A DNA stretch of 64,000 nt from Balanoglossus misakiensis (GCA_040954595.2 CM082578.2:8727519-8791518), one strand, 5' to 3'; counted from the first letter of the stretch, positions 12,610-25,790 are shown. Numbers and translations are program-made. Notes: generated by a model from the letters alone, not told the origin.

Positions 12610-14064
12610 TCTCACAGAATCGTGAAAGTCGCGGAACGGGTCTGGTTCTCCCCTTTACACGGGCGTATACTAGTAGCTCAGTGTTACGTAAACGGCGAGT
12701 CTGGCCACTGTTGGGCCAATGGACGACGAGGGGTGTCCGCTGTAAAACTCAGCACTTTCGAGTTAGAGTGAAGCGAAGCACAAAAGATTTTACATCAGTT
12801 AACGTTTCGTAAAATCTAAGTAATGCACACAATTAACACATTCTTTAATTAACACATCATACACTGAAAACTCGGTTTCAAAAGTAGAAGTAACCCGACG
12901 TCAACATGGAACAGTCCTCGGCAAATCAAAGTTCAAACGTTCAATTTGTTTAGCAAGGGACATGTGATCATAAGGGGTTGACTTTTGGTGTCAGGGGCCC
13001 TGGGAGTCTGGTAGACTCTCTCACAGCACCTACATATATAGTCTTGTTTGCCAAAGATGCCCTGTGTCTATAAAAATACGGTAAGAAATAAAGCACAGAA
13101 AAAAACTAAAACAACCTGCACCATAGACTAAATGCACCCACGACAATGATTTGAACTCAGCATCAAAGTACATGTAGTACTTTCCCCAAAGTTCATACAG
13201 CGGTCAGACGTCTGTTGAAATAAATGCAAGTAAACCACTCGGGCGCTATGTTGACACATGCAATAAAATATAACTTAACAGGTTGTTTGCATTTGTCCGT
13301 TTAAGCAACACCACCACCACGTTCGGGTGATATGTTCGCATTCATAAGCAGACCAGCTGGGATTCTGGATGATTGAAAACGTTCTCACGGGGGCATATTC
13401 GCCTATAGGTTTATTATATGGCTGATATGCATGGCTTGTTACACATGAATAAAATGGTCCTAGGGAATTGACTGCCGAGAGGTACCGGTAGTCTGGGATC
13501 TGACAGAGTAAACTGTAGTGACGACAGTTTGAAGAGCTGTAATGTACTCCCTTCACACTGACACAACATATGAACAATGGCAATCATCTTTATTTTACTT
13601 GGTTGTCCATGCAAATCATGGACATTTGTCTGTCACACCATAATTTCATTAACACGAAATAAAAAAGAAAGTAAAACCACCGTATACAAGATGCATCGCA
13701 GGTGCCAAGAGAAGAGAAGCCACTTCGTTTTTCCTAAAATATTAGTCGTATTCATGTTTAAAACAGAAACAGTTTATGACAATAGATTGGTTTAAAACAA
13801 CTTTCTTTGCCCATGGCACAAACAAATAACAGCCTGAAGACATTTTAAACTACCCACCCCTCTTCTTAGCTTACGAGAAAATTGTAAAGGTTGCACGTAA
13901 TTATCCAATAATACCAATTGATTATATATTGCCCATTCTATGTGTGGTTAGCAAAAATTGATACCACCAAATCAATTTTGAAACACATTTTATATATATG
14001 GTTACTGATAATGTATTACCCCGTAGACGAAATAATGTGTTCACACCGACCCCCTTCCTTAAGA

Positions 14065-17000
14065 TCACTCTATTTTATCACGCATCTTTTCATAGGCGTA
14101 GGCCACTTTCAGCAGAGTGGACTCATCAAACTTTCTTCCCACCATCATCATTCCGACTGGTAATCCGTCAGAGAATCCAGTGTTAACAGTGATGGCCGGG
14201 TGCCCGGTTACGTTGGATACTGCAGTGTTACTGATCATGCCAAGTCCATGTGCAAAGGTATCTGTCATACAAAGTGGGCAAAAGTCAGTAAATATCGTTA
14301 TCCATTAATAAAGAAAAATCGCAGAAAATGTCTGCTATTTAGCTACAAGAAAGTGGTGTCGACGTCAATTCAAGTTTTTACCTGCAACACTGAGTCCTGC
14401 CTCCGGCAGTTTTGGTGCTTTGAAAGGAATTGTGGGCATCACCAAGACATCGTAGTCTTCAAAGGTCTTGTCAAAGGCTTTGGTGACCTCTATGCTCATG
14501 TTTTGAGTTTTTGCATAAAAGGTGCCACCGTATTCTTCTTTGAGATAATCACCAAACAACAAGAGGCACTGTGTAGAAAAACATTATATATTATAATGGA
14601 GTTTAACAATGTGAAATAGTGTGATAGATTTGTGTTCTGATCTCGTATTCAATGAGCAATAGCCTTTTATTAGTTGAATTCTGCTAATAATGTTCAACCT
14701 CCACTCGACATAATTTCTTCATATCATTTCGTGAAACACGCTGGTCTATCTAAATCTGTAGGATGAGAACAAATCTACATTTATTTGCAGAATAATTTAC
14801 CTTCAAAATGTGGGACATGCCATTGATCCGGGTTCGATAACCTCTGTGTAAAGCATTAACAATACTAGAAGGATAAAATCCTTTATATTGAGAGCCAGCA
14901 CCTATCATGAAACAAATCGGTTTAAATGAAAAATATTAATTGCGATCATAATAATCATAGGTACAAAATTATTAGGCTATATCAATATGACTCTGAACAA
15001 GAATGATATCACGCATTACCTAGATCAAACAGTGTCTGCCCCTCAAGCTTTATATAGGACCAAGTACTTGCTATATTTTGCACTACCCCTATATCTGAAT
15101 AATGACAATCTCCTGAGAAAGTAACTTTGTTCATTCTATGCCCGTAGGCGAACTGCACACTAAGCTCTACAGTCTCTACAATAGAACGGCTGCACTCTCC
15201 ATGCAGAGTTATTAATGTGAATATATTAGTTATTAACCATAATTTCGTGTTTGCAGTCTACAATAATAATGAAATGTTCTCAGCGTTAAGCGATGAGATT
15301 TTAACACTTACTACATCCTTTGATCATCATATCAGCTGTGCCTTCATATATCAATGTTGTGAATAGGTGGGTACCTAGAAAATGAAAATTTGAAGATTTA
15401 CGTACAGCAGTGTATGGCGTAACAGTTTCCAAATCGATCCTATATAGTGATTTTTGTACTCATGTGAGTGTTGAAGATATCGGCAAGATTCATGTCCCTA
15501 AACCTCATCGACGTGGATTTACACCATAAAAAGGAATAACTATGTGATTGCCGGTGCGATATAACCCGCTAAAGGTCCTAAAAGAAGTTCGGCATAGTCT
15601 CAATGGTTACTGTGTGCATGGAATATGACGCCAATGTGTATTCTTACCCAGTGTGTGCGCAGGGACAGAGACCTCCTCGACTTTGGCACCGAGGGAAGTC
15701 ATCTGAAACGCCGCCGCCTTCACCATAGAATCCACGTCAACTTCAGATATTGGTTGACCGAAGCCTTCTTTCAGTACACCAATACGTATTCCCGGTAACT
15801 CTGTTGCCAACTAAACAAAAAATATACAAAATTACACATCTGCAAGGATCTTCATGCTATGGGTGCCAGAAGATGACATACAATCAGCCAACCACATTAA
15901 CTCTGCGTCACTGACAGTGCCGCTACATAATCTGTAGCCCATGGTGGCGTGCACCTTCTATATACATGTTGTTACGACCCGCAGGCCGTCCGAGCCAAAA
16001 ATATGCGGATAATAGAGAGGCCAATTTACCTGGTTGTTTTACGCCCGAACCGGCCAACAGGCCGCAACAAAAGAAATGGTCAGAGACAGCTCACGTACAA
16101 CATACCAGTCTACTTACAGTGTTAATTCAATTGCAGATACGAGTTATAGTCACAATATGTTAACTAATATTTACATTAAACTACAAACTAAACTCGAGCG
16201 TGACCAGGTGACCAAAACAAAATTCCTAACACGTTCAAAGTGTCATAAACAGTTCGGTGACTCGACGCACGACGATACCCTGGCCTTTCACTCGACGCAC
16301 AGCAATTCTGGCCTTTCTGTCCGTTTTACGCCAGTGTACAATTAAAAACAGCCACGTATTACCTCAAATGCAGTTCCGCCGTGTAGTCCACAGACAGCCA
16401 CATATTACCTCAAATACAGTTCCACAGTCACACGGAGACGCGCTCCCTCAGGACGGCTCCCAAATTCCACGCGGCGTCCTCGAAAACATCCACCACGACT
16501 TCACAAGTCCCTTCGGCAGTGTCAATCCTCAGCTACCACAGTTGACAGGCACTCCGTACGGTGGGCTCCAAAATCTCCTCGACAAGGCGACGGCACAGCT
16601 ACCAGACCAGAATCAAAATGAGCCACCCGACAACGTGGCACTGGGTGGCCTTTATACGACTAAAAACTAACACCTGGTCACGCTAATATGTTAAATAAAG
16701 AAATCAACATAGGTGCACCTGGCCACGAAACAAAACAAATAAGAAACTTCATCACAATGTACACGTGAAATATTACCTGCTTTGTGTATTCAGGCACCTC
16801 AAGGTTAACAGGCTGTCGTGGGTCCAGACCATTGTCATAGCCAGCAATCACCTACAAGGAATGAGAGTTTACAGGTTAATTGAATCACACAGTGCTAAAA
16901 TTAACCATTCTCATTTGCAGTGTTGGAAATCTAATACATAAACTTCAGCCTTGGCAAATTTAGTAGAATTATGTGTAGCCAACGAATCCGCATAAAAAAG

Positions 17001-19891
17001 TGAGAGACTTTGCGAAAATACTGTAAATGGGGAAAAGGTGGAAATTACACATACCTCTAGCAGTAATGCCGCATCGTATACATTTTTGGTGATTGGTCCT
17101 GCGTGATCAATGGTGAAGTCAATGGCGAGGATTCCAGTGTATGGTACCAAGCCAAACGTGGGCTTCAAACCGACCACTCCGCACCAAGTTGACGGTAGGC
17201 GTATAGAACCGCCTTGGTCACAGCCAATAGCCATGTCCACGTCACCATTAGCAACCTGCAGGTATATCAACAACGGGTGCCACAAAACGGTACCCGGATG
17301 TCACAGTTGGAGTCTAATGGGAATGCTTACTCAACCACTCCAGAAATTAAATCATTTTTTTGTGTTTCCCTCAACCATTATTGCTCAGGTGTTACTGGAA
17401 TGATTTAAAAATATTACCACCATAAGTATGTTAGTTAAGTATACGTCAACTGCATACGCCATTCGTGTAACATATTAATCTTAAGCTTTATGGCAAATAA
17501 CATGTAAATGTTGATGCTAAAAGTTCATGAAACACTTGCCTAGATTTCTTTTAATAGCTTTGAAATGCGGGTATGCGGACAAAAATCACAGAAAGTGGAC
17601 TGATAAAAGTTCTATATGTAGTTGTCGATGCGTTGAGATTGCAATACGTGTATGTGATTTTCAGATTATCTCAGATAATTTCATTTCCCTTTTTACACTT
17701 TGATTATGTTGCTTTCCCCTGCATTTCTTACCAGAACACCGCTTCCACTACTTGACCCTCCAGAAGTGTGATCTTTCTTGTGCGGATTTCTGACAGCTCC
17801 TTTGACTCCTGTGAAGCTGCTCCCGGAGAAACACATGTCTTCCACAGTAGACTTGCCAAGGATGCGGCCACCTGGCAAAATGCATAAGGGAAAGGTTACT
17901 CCCCTGAAAATCATAGATCGAAGATACATTGTAATTCACCATCAGACCTTCATCTTTAAGATGGTAGAGCATCGCCAGCTGATTTACCCTCTGAGAATAG
18001 GTTGAGGAAAGTCCAATCTCTTGTTTACACACGACTCGTTAAAACATAACCAACCTGCATCCAGAATCCTAGTTATAACTGTTGGATCGAATTCCGGTAC
18101 GTATCCTTCTAAGATGTAACTTCCATTCATCATAGGAACCCCAGCCACCGGAACATTGTCTTTGATGGCAAACGTCTTTCCAGCTAACTTGCCTGTGTCT
18201 GCACCCTTGACGTCACAACGCCAATACCTTAATAAAAATACATCATACGAATATTGAATTATGGGCCGGGGTTTGTTTGAAAAGCAAATTTTCCGAGGAA
18301 AATGTTCCACTTATAATTTAGTACAAACAAACCATGTATGTTGAAATGTTATATCCCGACTTGCCTTCGACAATTATCAACCTAATTCATTATCTCAAGC
18401 GAAACTGGTAAAATCTTACCAAGCATTAAGTGGGTTCTCTTCAGGGCTTGGTCTGTAACCAGGTGTTCTCGGATACTTCACTGGAAGTAATGGTTCTGGT
18501 AAACTATCCACAATGTCAAAAGACTTGCACGCAAGTGCGATACGAGCTTTAAAAAGAGAAAACGGTGTTCCATGAACATTTAAGATGCAAGCAAATCAGC
18601 TCACAGTCAGCGATATACATTTTGATGTTTTATGATATACAGTACTTGGCAGAATAATTGCGCCAAGCGAATGTCTTGTGCAGAGGACCGGATGACCGCA
18701 GGCTAGCAGGAAAAACGATTGAGCAATGTCTGCAGATTTTAGATAAAGTCGTCACAGTTTGCCAAAAATGAAGTGAATTAATTCATAAAAAAAGAATATT
18801 CATATGTCATCAAACACTTTCAAAATGTTCCAATCACGTGACCAGCAAACAGTCACGTGCCTGAAACGCTTTGTTCCTATACTTACCCCTGTATTGCTCT
18901 AACTCATCTGTTGTGGCATTCAAATTGAATCTACTGGCAATTTTCTCCAGCTGGTCAACAGTCGGTACACGGACAGCGGGAGCTCGATAGGTTTCTGAGA
19001 AATTAACCACAGCAACAAAATTGCAATTTATGTGAAACTTTAAAACATCCCATACACACAATACTTTTCATTTTTCACAAAAAGTAGCATAGTTTAAAAA
19101 TATATACAATACCTGAATATTCCAAAACATGGCTTTGTTTTACCACTTTATACAAACGTTAGAGCACACCTTTAAATACACTTATTATTAAGAAAGCTTT
19201 TGAAAAAGTACTACCGGATCATTAAAGTCAGAATTTGCCCCTCAAATGTACGCCTATTTGTACCATTCTATCAGTGCACAAATCAACATTTTAACAGATT
19301 AAGATGTGATATTGTGTGCGAATAAATTTGGTTTTATTGTTTTTTCAGAGGTAAGATATCGTACACTGATGCCACAAAGAGGGCGCTCTTCTAACAGGTC
19401 ACGCAAAAACTAGGCCGGCCATTTATTGGTACACAAACGTCCAGAGGCATCCTTTGTGAGGGCAAGCAAACTGCCCCACGCTCAGGCGGAGGGGGCGGAG
19501 TAGACAGTTAACATATATATATGTCTCAGTTCGGTGGTAAGCTGAAGGTCATTAAGAGGTCACAGTGACCTTGACGGGCTGAAGTTTGCAGCCACAACAG
19601 CAAAACTGCGTGTCCACAGCAGCACAGCCAAGGCTAAAAATGAAAAGTTGACTATTTATTATTCTGGCCCGATTTTAATTTATTAATAGAGGAAATTTTA
19701 CAGAGACGAGATTCTGGACCTATCATATACATGATATACATGTATGTGTCATTGCAACCCTTGTACCGGTGGTAGTGGCCAACAGACGTACAAAAATAAA
19801 CACCTGGAGCTGGGGTTAGCCTACGTTTCTTACCTGCCGAAGTACTTGGGGACGCCTGCCGAGTTTCTTCTGCCTTTCCAGCATCGCTCAT
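14065..19891 (-). CDS. AS-family amidase, paralog 3 (12 exons, about 540 aa)
   Basis: Exons 19891-19804, 18994-18887, 18546-18420, 18227-18055, 17871-17732, 17255-17055, 16851-16777, 15810-15648, 15374-15312, 14901-14801, 14568-14382, 14261-14065. All GT-AG. Motifs [21 protein letters not shown]. Confidence 0.93.
15970..16756. mobile_element. Probable solo LTR (Gypsy-like) in intron 7 of amidase 3
   Basis: Termini TGTTACG...ATCACA, with a 4-bp TSD ATGT at 15966-15969 and 16757-16760. Not seen in the homologous intron of the other paralogs. Internal 14-bp inverted repeat at 16197-16210/16671-16684. Confidence 0.7.
19546..19571. promoter_or_regulatory. Composite nuclear-receptor element: perfect DR5 overlapping perfect IR3
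   Basis: AGGTCA-ttaag-AGGTCA-cag-TGACCT in intron 1 of amidase 3, about 230 bp from the exon 1 donor. Function is inferred only. Confidence 0.45.
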
Positions 19892-21194
19892 TTTTGCAGA
19901 ATTGTGTGAAATAAAGGATAATTAAAGAAGACACACTGCTTAGTTACTTTCGACAGCTGTAAACTGATGAGTGTTGGAGCCGCCGATACAGAGGGGTGTT
20001 TATCGTGTCCTGGGTCTGGTCTTTTGCCTGAGTTGTTACAACAAAACCTCACTAAAATGTCAACTACCGCCGTGTACTGAATGCTATGCGAGACAAGTAT
20101 ATGCACAAGGCACATTAGAGACTTGTTTCGGGTGTTGGGATCATTACCAACCACATTCCGACCCCTATCTCAAAATGGTATATGCCACCCGGGTTAACGA
20201 TGTACCTGGATATCGTGCACCATGCGAGATCTATGTCATCGACTCATTGTCCTGTTTAGGTGTAACCCATTTGACCACAGACGAATGAAAATATCTAGCG
20301 GCCGCACCTGTAAAATACTACAGCCAGCTGTGGCCGGTCGACACATTCAGGCGCCTGCGCATTTGACTCGTTAAAATTGGCATCGAATGCTTGCACTGTC
20401 AGAGTGTACATGTATGCCAGCTTATTAGGACTGGTAAGCCCCCCCCCCCTCACCGAAGAAAACAACAACAACAACAACAACAAAACTGGGATGGCATGAC
20501 AATCCCCTCTGATAAATTTTAAAACCAAGGTGACCCTCTGGAAGTTGAATGAACCAGACAGGCGGTTTTATGTAAGTGCAGAACAATCGTTGGTCACGCA
20601 CTGAATCACGTAAACACTGAATAACTCAAAAGCGAAAGCGAAAAAAAAAAACATGTAGGCTAGGTTCAACACTCGCACTTAAATCATTTCAAATGTGTAC
20701 AAATAAGTAACACCAAAATGACCATTTTACACAAAGAAATCGCATCAGTACAGTATGTAATCCTTTGCTTACAATGGAGACATCAACTAATAAATGCCTA
20801 TACATTGTACTAATTAATCACTATTGTTATGATGATACCACTACGAACTTTTATCCTACAATTTATCAAAAATGTTTTCATCTACAGTCATGTCGTACTT
20901 GAGTTGAGGCACTTGGCTCACTGAAAATGTATGCTATTAGCTCGGGTTCCTACGCGCCACATCGTGGATACGACTTTAGAAAATCGCGCTGGCAACACCC
21001 ATCACTACTCTAAAGGCATTTTACAAGACGACCTCTTAAAGTCCAAAGTTCCCGACGGGGTCAGCAGTACTCTTGGTAATACAGAAATGACCCATGAATA
21101 ACGCCGCCAAGTGGCATGAAGGGGCGGGGATCATCACCTTTCGCAGAAACAATCTTTGCTCTGACCTCATGTTCTGCGATTGTCTTTCAACAAA

Positions 21195-24100
21195 ATGAGT
21201 AAGAGTAAAAGCGCACAGCCGGAAGAAAATCTACGAATGCGTCCCACTGGCAGAAAGGCTTCGTCTGATGCAGACGAAACACGCTCTGCGACGACACCAA
21301 CTCCAGGTACTTCAATATCTTTCATCATTGTCGCTTCTTAAAACTATTTACTTGGTTTTATTTTAACGAAAGGGATCATTCTTCCAATGGACGGTCAATT
21401 AAAAAAAATATACGTCATCCAACGGGTAAGATCCCAAGTACTTGATGAGGTATACCCACCACTCCAGGTTAAGGTAGAAGCAATGAGATGTAAAGTGCCT
21501 TGCTCAAGGGCACAACATCACGGCAATCCGTCTGGGTCTCAAACTCCAATGCTCTGACGGAGCGTTTATACCCCATTGGACCACGATGACATATTTTGCA
21601 TTGTGAAGTGCTGTGCTGGTGTTGGTGACTGGGGATTGTGTGAAGCAATCAGGCTTTCCGTGACTTTTTGTACACCTTGTACAGTGTATAGAACCATATC
21701 GTGGCTTTGCGTACTGTGACGTGTAAAGGGCATAGGGCTATGTGACCTTCCCGGAGCCCTATTCTATCGAAACCTTATCAAGCCCAGCCAATATATTACC
21801 GTTTCCCTGTCGTCGTTTGGTGACGTCGGGATGTCAAAAGCTGCCCAGATCAGCAGTCAAAGAGGTGTACCCTTATACATACACATACAGTCTGAGAGCA
21901 ACAATCCCCGACAGCGTGTTTGAAAGTAGGTTTTGAGGCCAGTAATCTCGTTTGTCGAGTGGTACTATATAGGGTCAGGCCTATCATTTCATCAGTCAAC
22001 ATATATTTCCAAGTGAACAAGTATAATAGTTTGAGGTGCCCGTGAAAATGAGGGGTCTGTCACTGTGTGACCTTTGAACAAACGAATTTGCCAACGGTTC
22101 TATGAATCCATAAAAAATCGCCATCAACTTTCACCTTTGCTATAAAATAATGTTAATCTTATTTTCTTCCATTATCTGAATTATGTGCTAGATACATATA
22201 GAGCTCCCGCTGTCCGTCTGCCAACAATCGATCGGCTGAAGGAAATAGCCGATAAATTCCATTTAAATGCGACAACAGACGAGTTACAACAGTACAGAGG
22301 TGGGTCAATTGAAAGCACTTTTCCCTGCAAATCATCGATTATAGTTTACTATTAGCTTGATAAATTTATCATTGCCATGTATACGTATTGCTCAGTAATT
22401 TCGAACCATCGTGTCGTTATACATGTACATCTAAAATTAATATTAATGTCTGACAATTGCTTTTTCTTCAAAAGATGCTATGGCATCGGCGTGTAAGTCT
22501 TTTGACATTGTGGATAGTTTACCAGAGCCATTACTTCCAGTGAAGTATCCGAGAACACCTGGTTACAGACCACGCCCTGAAGAGAACCCACTGAATGCTT
22601 GGTAAGATTTTACCAAATTTTCTTGACAAAATGAACTGTGTTGTTTACTCTAAACGACAAGCAGGGAAGTGACAAGTCGGCATACATTGCGGAACACTTG
22701 CTTATAAAATGTACATTTCAAACATAAACTCCAACCACTAATTCGCAATCCATATGATTTACTTATTTAGGTATTGGCGTTGTGACATAAAGGGTGCAGA
22801 CACAGGCAAGTTAGCTGGCAAGACGTTTGCCATCAAAGACAATGTTCCGGTGGCTGGGGTTCCTATGATGAATGGAAGTTACATCTTAGAAGGATATGTA
22901 CCGGAATTTGATGCAACAGTTGTGACGAGAATACTTGATGAAGGTACGTTGGTTTAGCAAGTACAACCAGCCATATATGACGCAATTGAAGTAGGCAGTT
23001 AAATGGCCGACACACAGTTCATGATGTATTCCCCAAATGGGGTTACGGATAAAATTGCGTATTGCTAATCTCACCATCTGATATTTCTTTGTTACACCAC
23101 CCTTCTTGATTTAAATGAACAAACTATGCGATTTGATTCGGATGATCCGGAAAGGTTACCTTCTATCATTTTCCGCATCTAGCAGGTCGTCACACTATTT
23201 CATGTTATAAATGTTTTCGATCAGGTGGTCGTATCATTGGAAAAGCTTGCGCAGAAGACATGTGTTTCTCTGGGAACAGCTTCACCTCGGTCAAAGGAGC
23301 TGTCAGAAATCCGCACAATGAAGATCACACATCTGGTGGCTCCAGTAGCGGGAGCGGCGCACTGGTAAGTCAGGCCAATTGCAGATAAGTTAACGCATCA
23401 TCCTCATTAAATTATTATCCAAACAAAGATTTATTGTATTTCCATTATGTGTTGGTATGATGTAATCAAAACTGGACCATGCACACGCAGAAAACAATTG
23501 TCATGCGCGAGTTCGAAGGTGTCAAATGACGTCGTACATGTACTTGTATAAAATAACGGCAATTTTAAACCGATCCCATTTCACCATAACATATTAATCT
23601 CTTTGGCCAGAGGATGAGCACATGTATGGGAATTGTTATTTTTAGGTCGCCAGTGGGGATGTGGATATGGCGATCGGTGGGGATCAGGGCGGCTCTATAC
23701 GGAAACCAGCTGCATGGTGCGGACTGGTTGGGTTGAAGCCGACGTTTGGCTTGGTACCATACACTGGAATCTGTCCTTTGGAGTTCACGCTCGACCACGC
23801 AGGACCTATCACCAAAAATGTATATGATGCAGCATTATTATTAGAGGTATGTATAAGTTTGGAACAGGTGTGTTCACAGACGCTGTGGTGACAAGACTCG
23901 GATTTCAACTGTGTTTTGCATGTCCGTGCAGTATTAGAGGCTGCCAGAGGTTGAATTAGCGGACGGGGATTCTGTGTAGGCCAAGGTGTTAAGTGGCTAT
24001 CTATGTTTTCTTGGAGGTGATTGCTGGCTATGACGATGGTCTGGATCCAAGACAACCAACATATCTCAAAGTACCTGAGTACACAAAAATGGTAAGTTGT

Positions 24101-25790
24101 AATGTTCATCCTCCTCCTCCCCCTCCTCCTTCTACTCAATGGCTAAGATTGAATGTGAATAAGTCTCACGAAAAGTAAGACTGCGTCTAAAGTGTTGCAT
24201 TATTCGTTCGTCCTTTCGCTTACTTATTTTAGTTAGCCACGACATTACCGGGGATTCGTATCGGCATAGTGAAAGAAGGCTTTGGTCTACCAAACTCAGA
24301 AGCAGATGTCGATTCTATGGTGAAGGCAGCGGCGTTTCAAATGACTACACTTGGAGCTAAAGTAGAGGAGGTCTCTGTCCCAGCACATACACTGGGTAAG
24401 TGAAGAACCGATAAATACTGTTCGACTGGCGTTTTTTAGGTCCCTGTTTGAGCTGGGCGGAGAACGTCCGATGTGATTTTGTATGTAGACACGACGTATT
24501 ATTACGCATGAAATGTGACTTAGAGGACATAATGACTGTAGAGAAGCAGGGGAATTGCATGTCTGTGGCCATAATTCAACCCATTTATTTCTTACAGGAG
24601 GTCAGCTGTTTTTGGTAATCTCACACCACTGGGCAACACCTTATGGTAAGTGCAAGTTATATACATGCACGTAAAGCAGCCGACCCATTACCCCCTCCCC
24701 CCCAACACACACACACCTCTGTGGAATAACTAACCTCTAATGGAAACTGATTTTTTTCATAGGTAGTGGTTCACAGTACAAAGGCTTTTATCCCTCTAGT
24801 ACCATCAGTGCCATACATAGAGGTTATCGGACAAGGATCAATGATATATCTCATTCGTTGAAAGTAAGGCAGTTCGTACTTCAAATATCTGTCTGTCTGT
24901 CTGTCTGTCTGTATGCATGTAATTGTGTATGTATGTGTGTGTGCGCACGTACGCACAGATGTGTTGTGTGTGTATGCATCATAACTAATGCATCATAACA
25001 ACGTCTACGTTATCCGTTTTGCCCAAAGACTTCACTACTGTCAGGCGAGTACCTCAAGGAAGAATATGGCCGTACTTTCTACGCCAAGGCTCAAAACATG
25101 CGCTTGGATTTGAGCAAAGCATTTGACAAGACATTTGAAGACTATGATGTTTTGGTGATGCCCACAGTTTCATTCAAAGCACCAAAACTGCCCAAAGAAG
25201 GAATCGGCCTTAATGGTAAATGAAAAATCATTCTCCATAATAATCGTCTTACTCCCTTATATTTTTGATAATTAATGTGTTGGACATTACATTGTTCTAT
25301 GAAGTCGGTGAAAGAAAATACTTGTACATGTATGTCGTTTCTAGAATTATAACCACACACTGACAATTTTTGCCGGACTGTCTATAGGTGAGGTTATTTC
25401 AATCTTGCAAACTCACGTGTAATCATTACCGAAATTCACTGAGAGTCAGAGGATTATAATGTGTGTGGCCTATACTACCGGATAAACATTATTACATTAT
25501 TATTTTAAAATGTTTATTGCTGATGTTCATTAGTAGTACCTCTCGTACATATAATAATTTGTCATTTTATTCACATTGCAGAGTTCTTTGATTTGGAAAT
25601 GGGCCTTGGTTTGAACCGTGCGCCATATAATGTGACTGGGCACCCAGCCATCACTGTTAACACTGGATTCTCCGAAGGATTACCAGTCGGAATGATGATG
25701 GTGGGAAGAAAGTTTGATGAGTCCACTCTGCTGAAAGTGGCTTATGCCTACGAGAAATCACATGATGACATTAGCTCTAAGACTTCCTAA
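21195..25790 (+). CDS. AS-family amidase, paralog 4 (12 exons, about 547 aa)
   Basis: Exons 21195-21306, 22192-22299, 22475-22601, 22771-22943, 23225-23364, 23646-23846, 24017-24091, 24233-24395, 24598-24645, 24763-24863, 25029-25215, 25582-25790. Total 1644 nt in frame, triad motifs intact, AATAAA near 25936. Confidence 0.92.
21430..21587 (-). mobile_element. tRNA-derived SINE fragment in intron 1 of amidase 4
   Basis: Minus strand reads gtggtccaatgg (A-box-like), gagtttgagacc (B-box-like), then tgttgtgcccttgagcaaggcacttta, a central-domain motif typical of metazoan tRNA-SINEs. Confidence 0.55.

Noticed and set aside
16257-16670. 137-aa ORF
   Set aside because: Inside the LTR-like insertion, with no recognisable gag/pol motifs.
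1807-25790. Bacterial contamination as the source of the amidases
   Set aside because: Eleven spliceosomal introns per gene and linkage to TAF10 and filamin show they are host genes.
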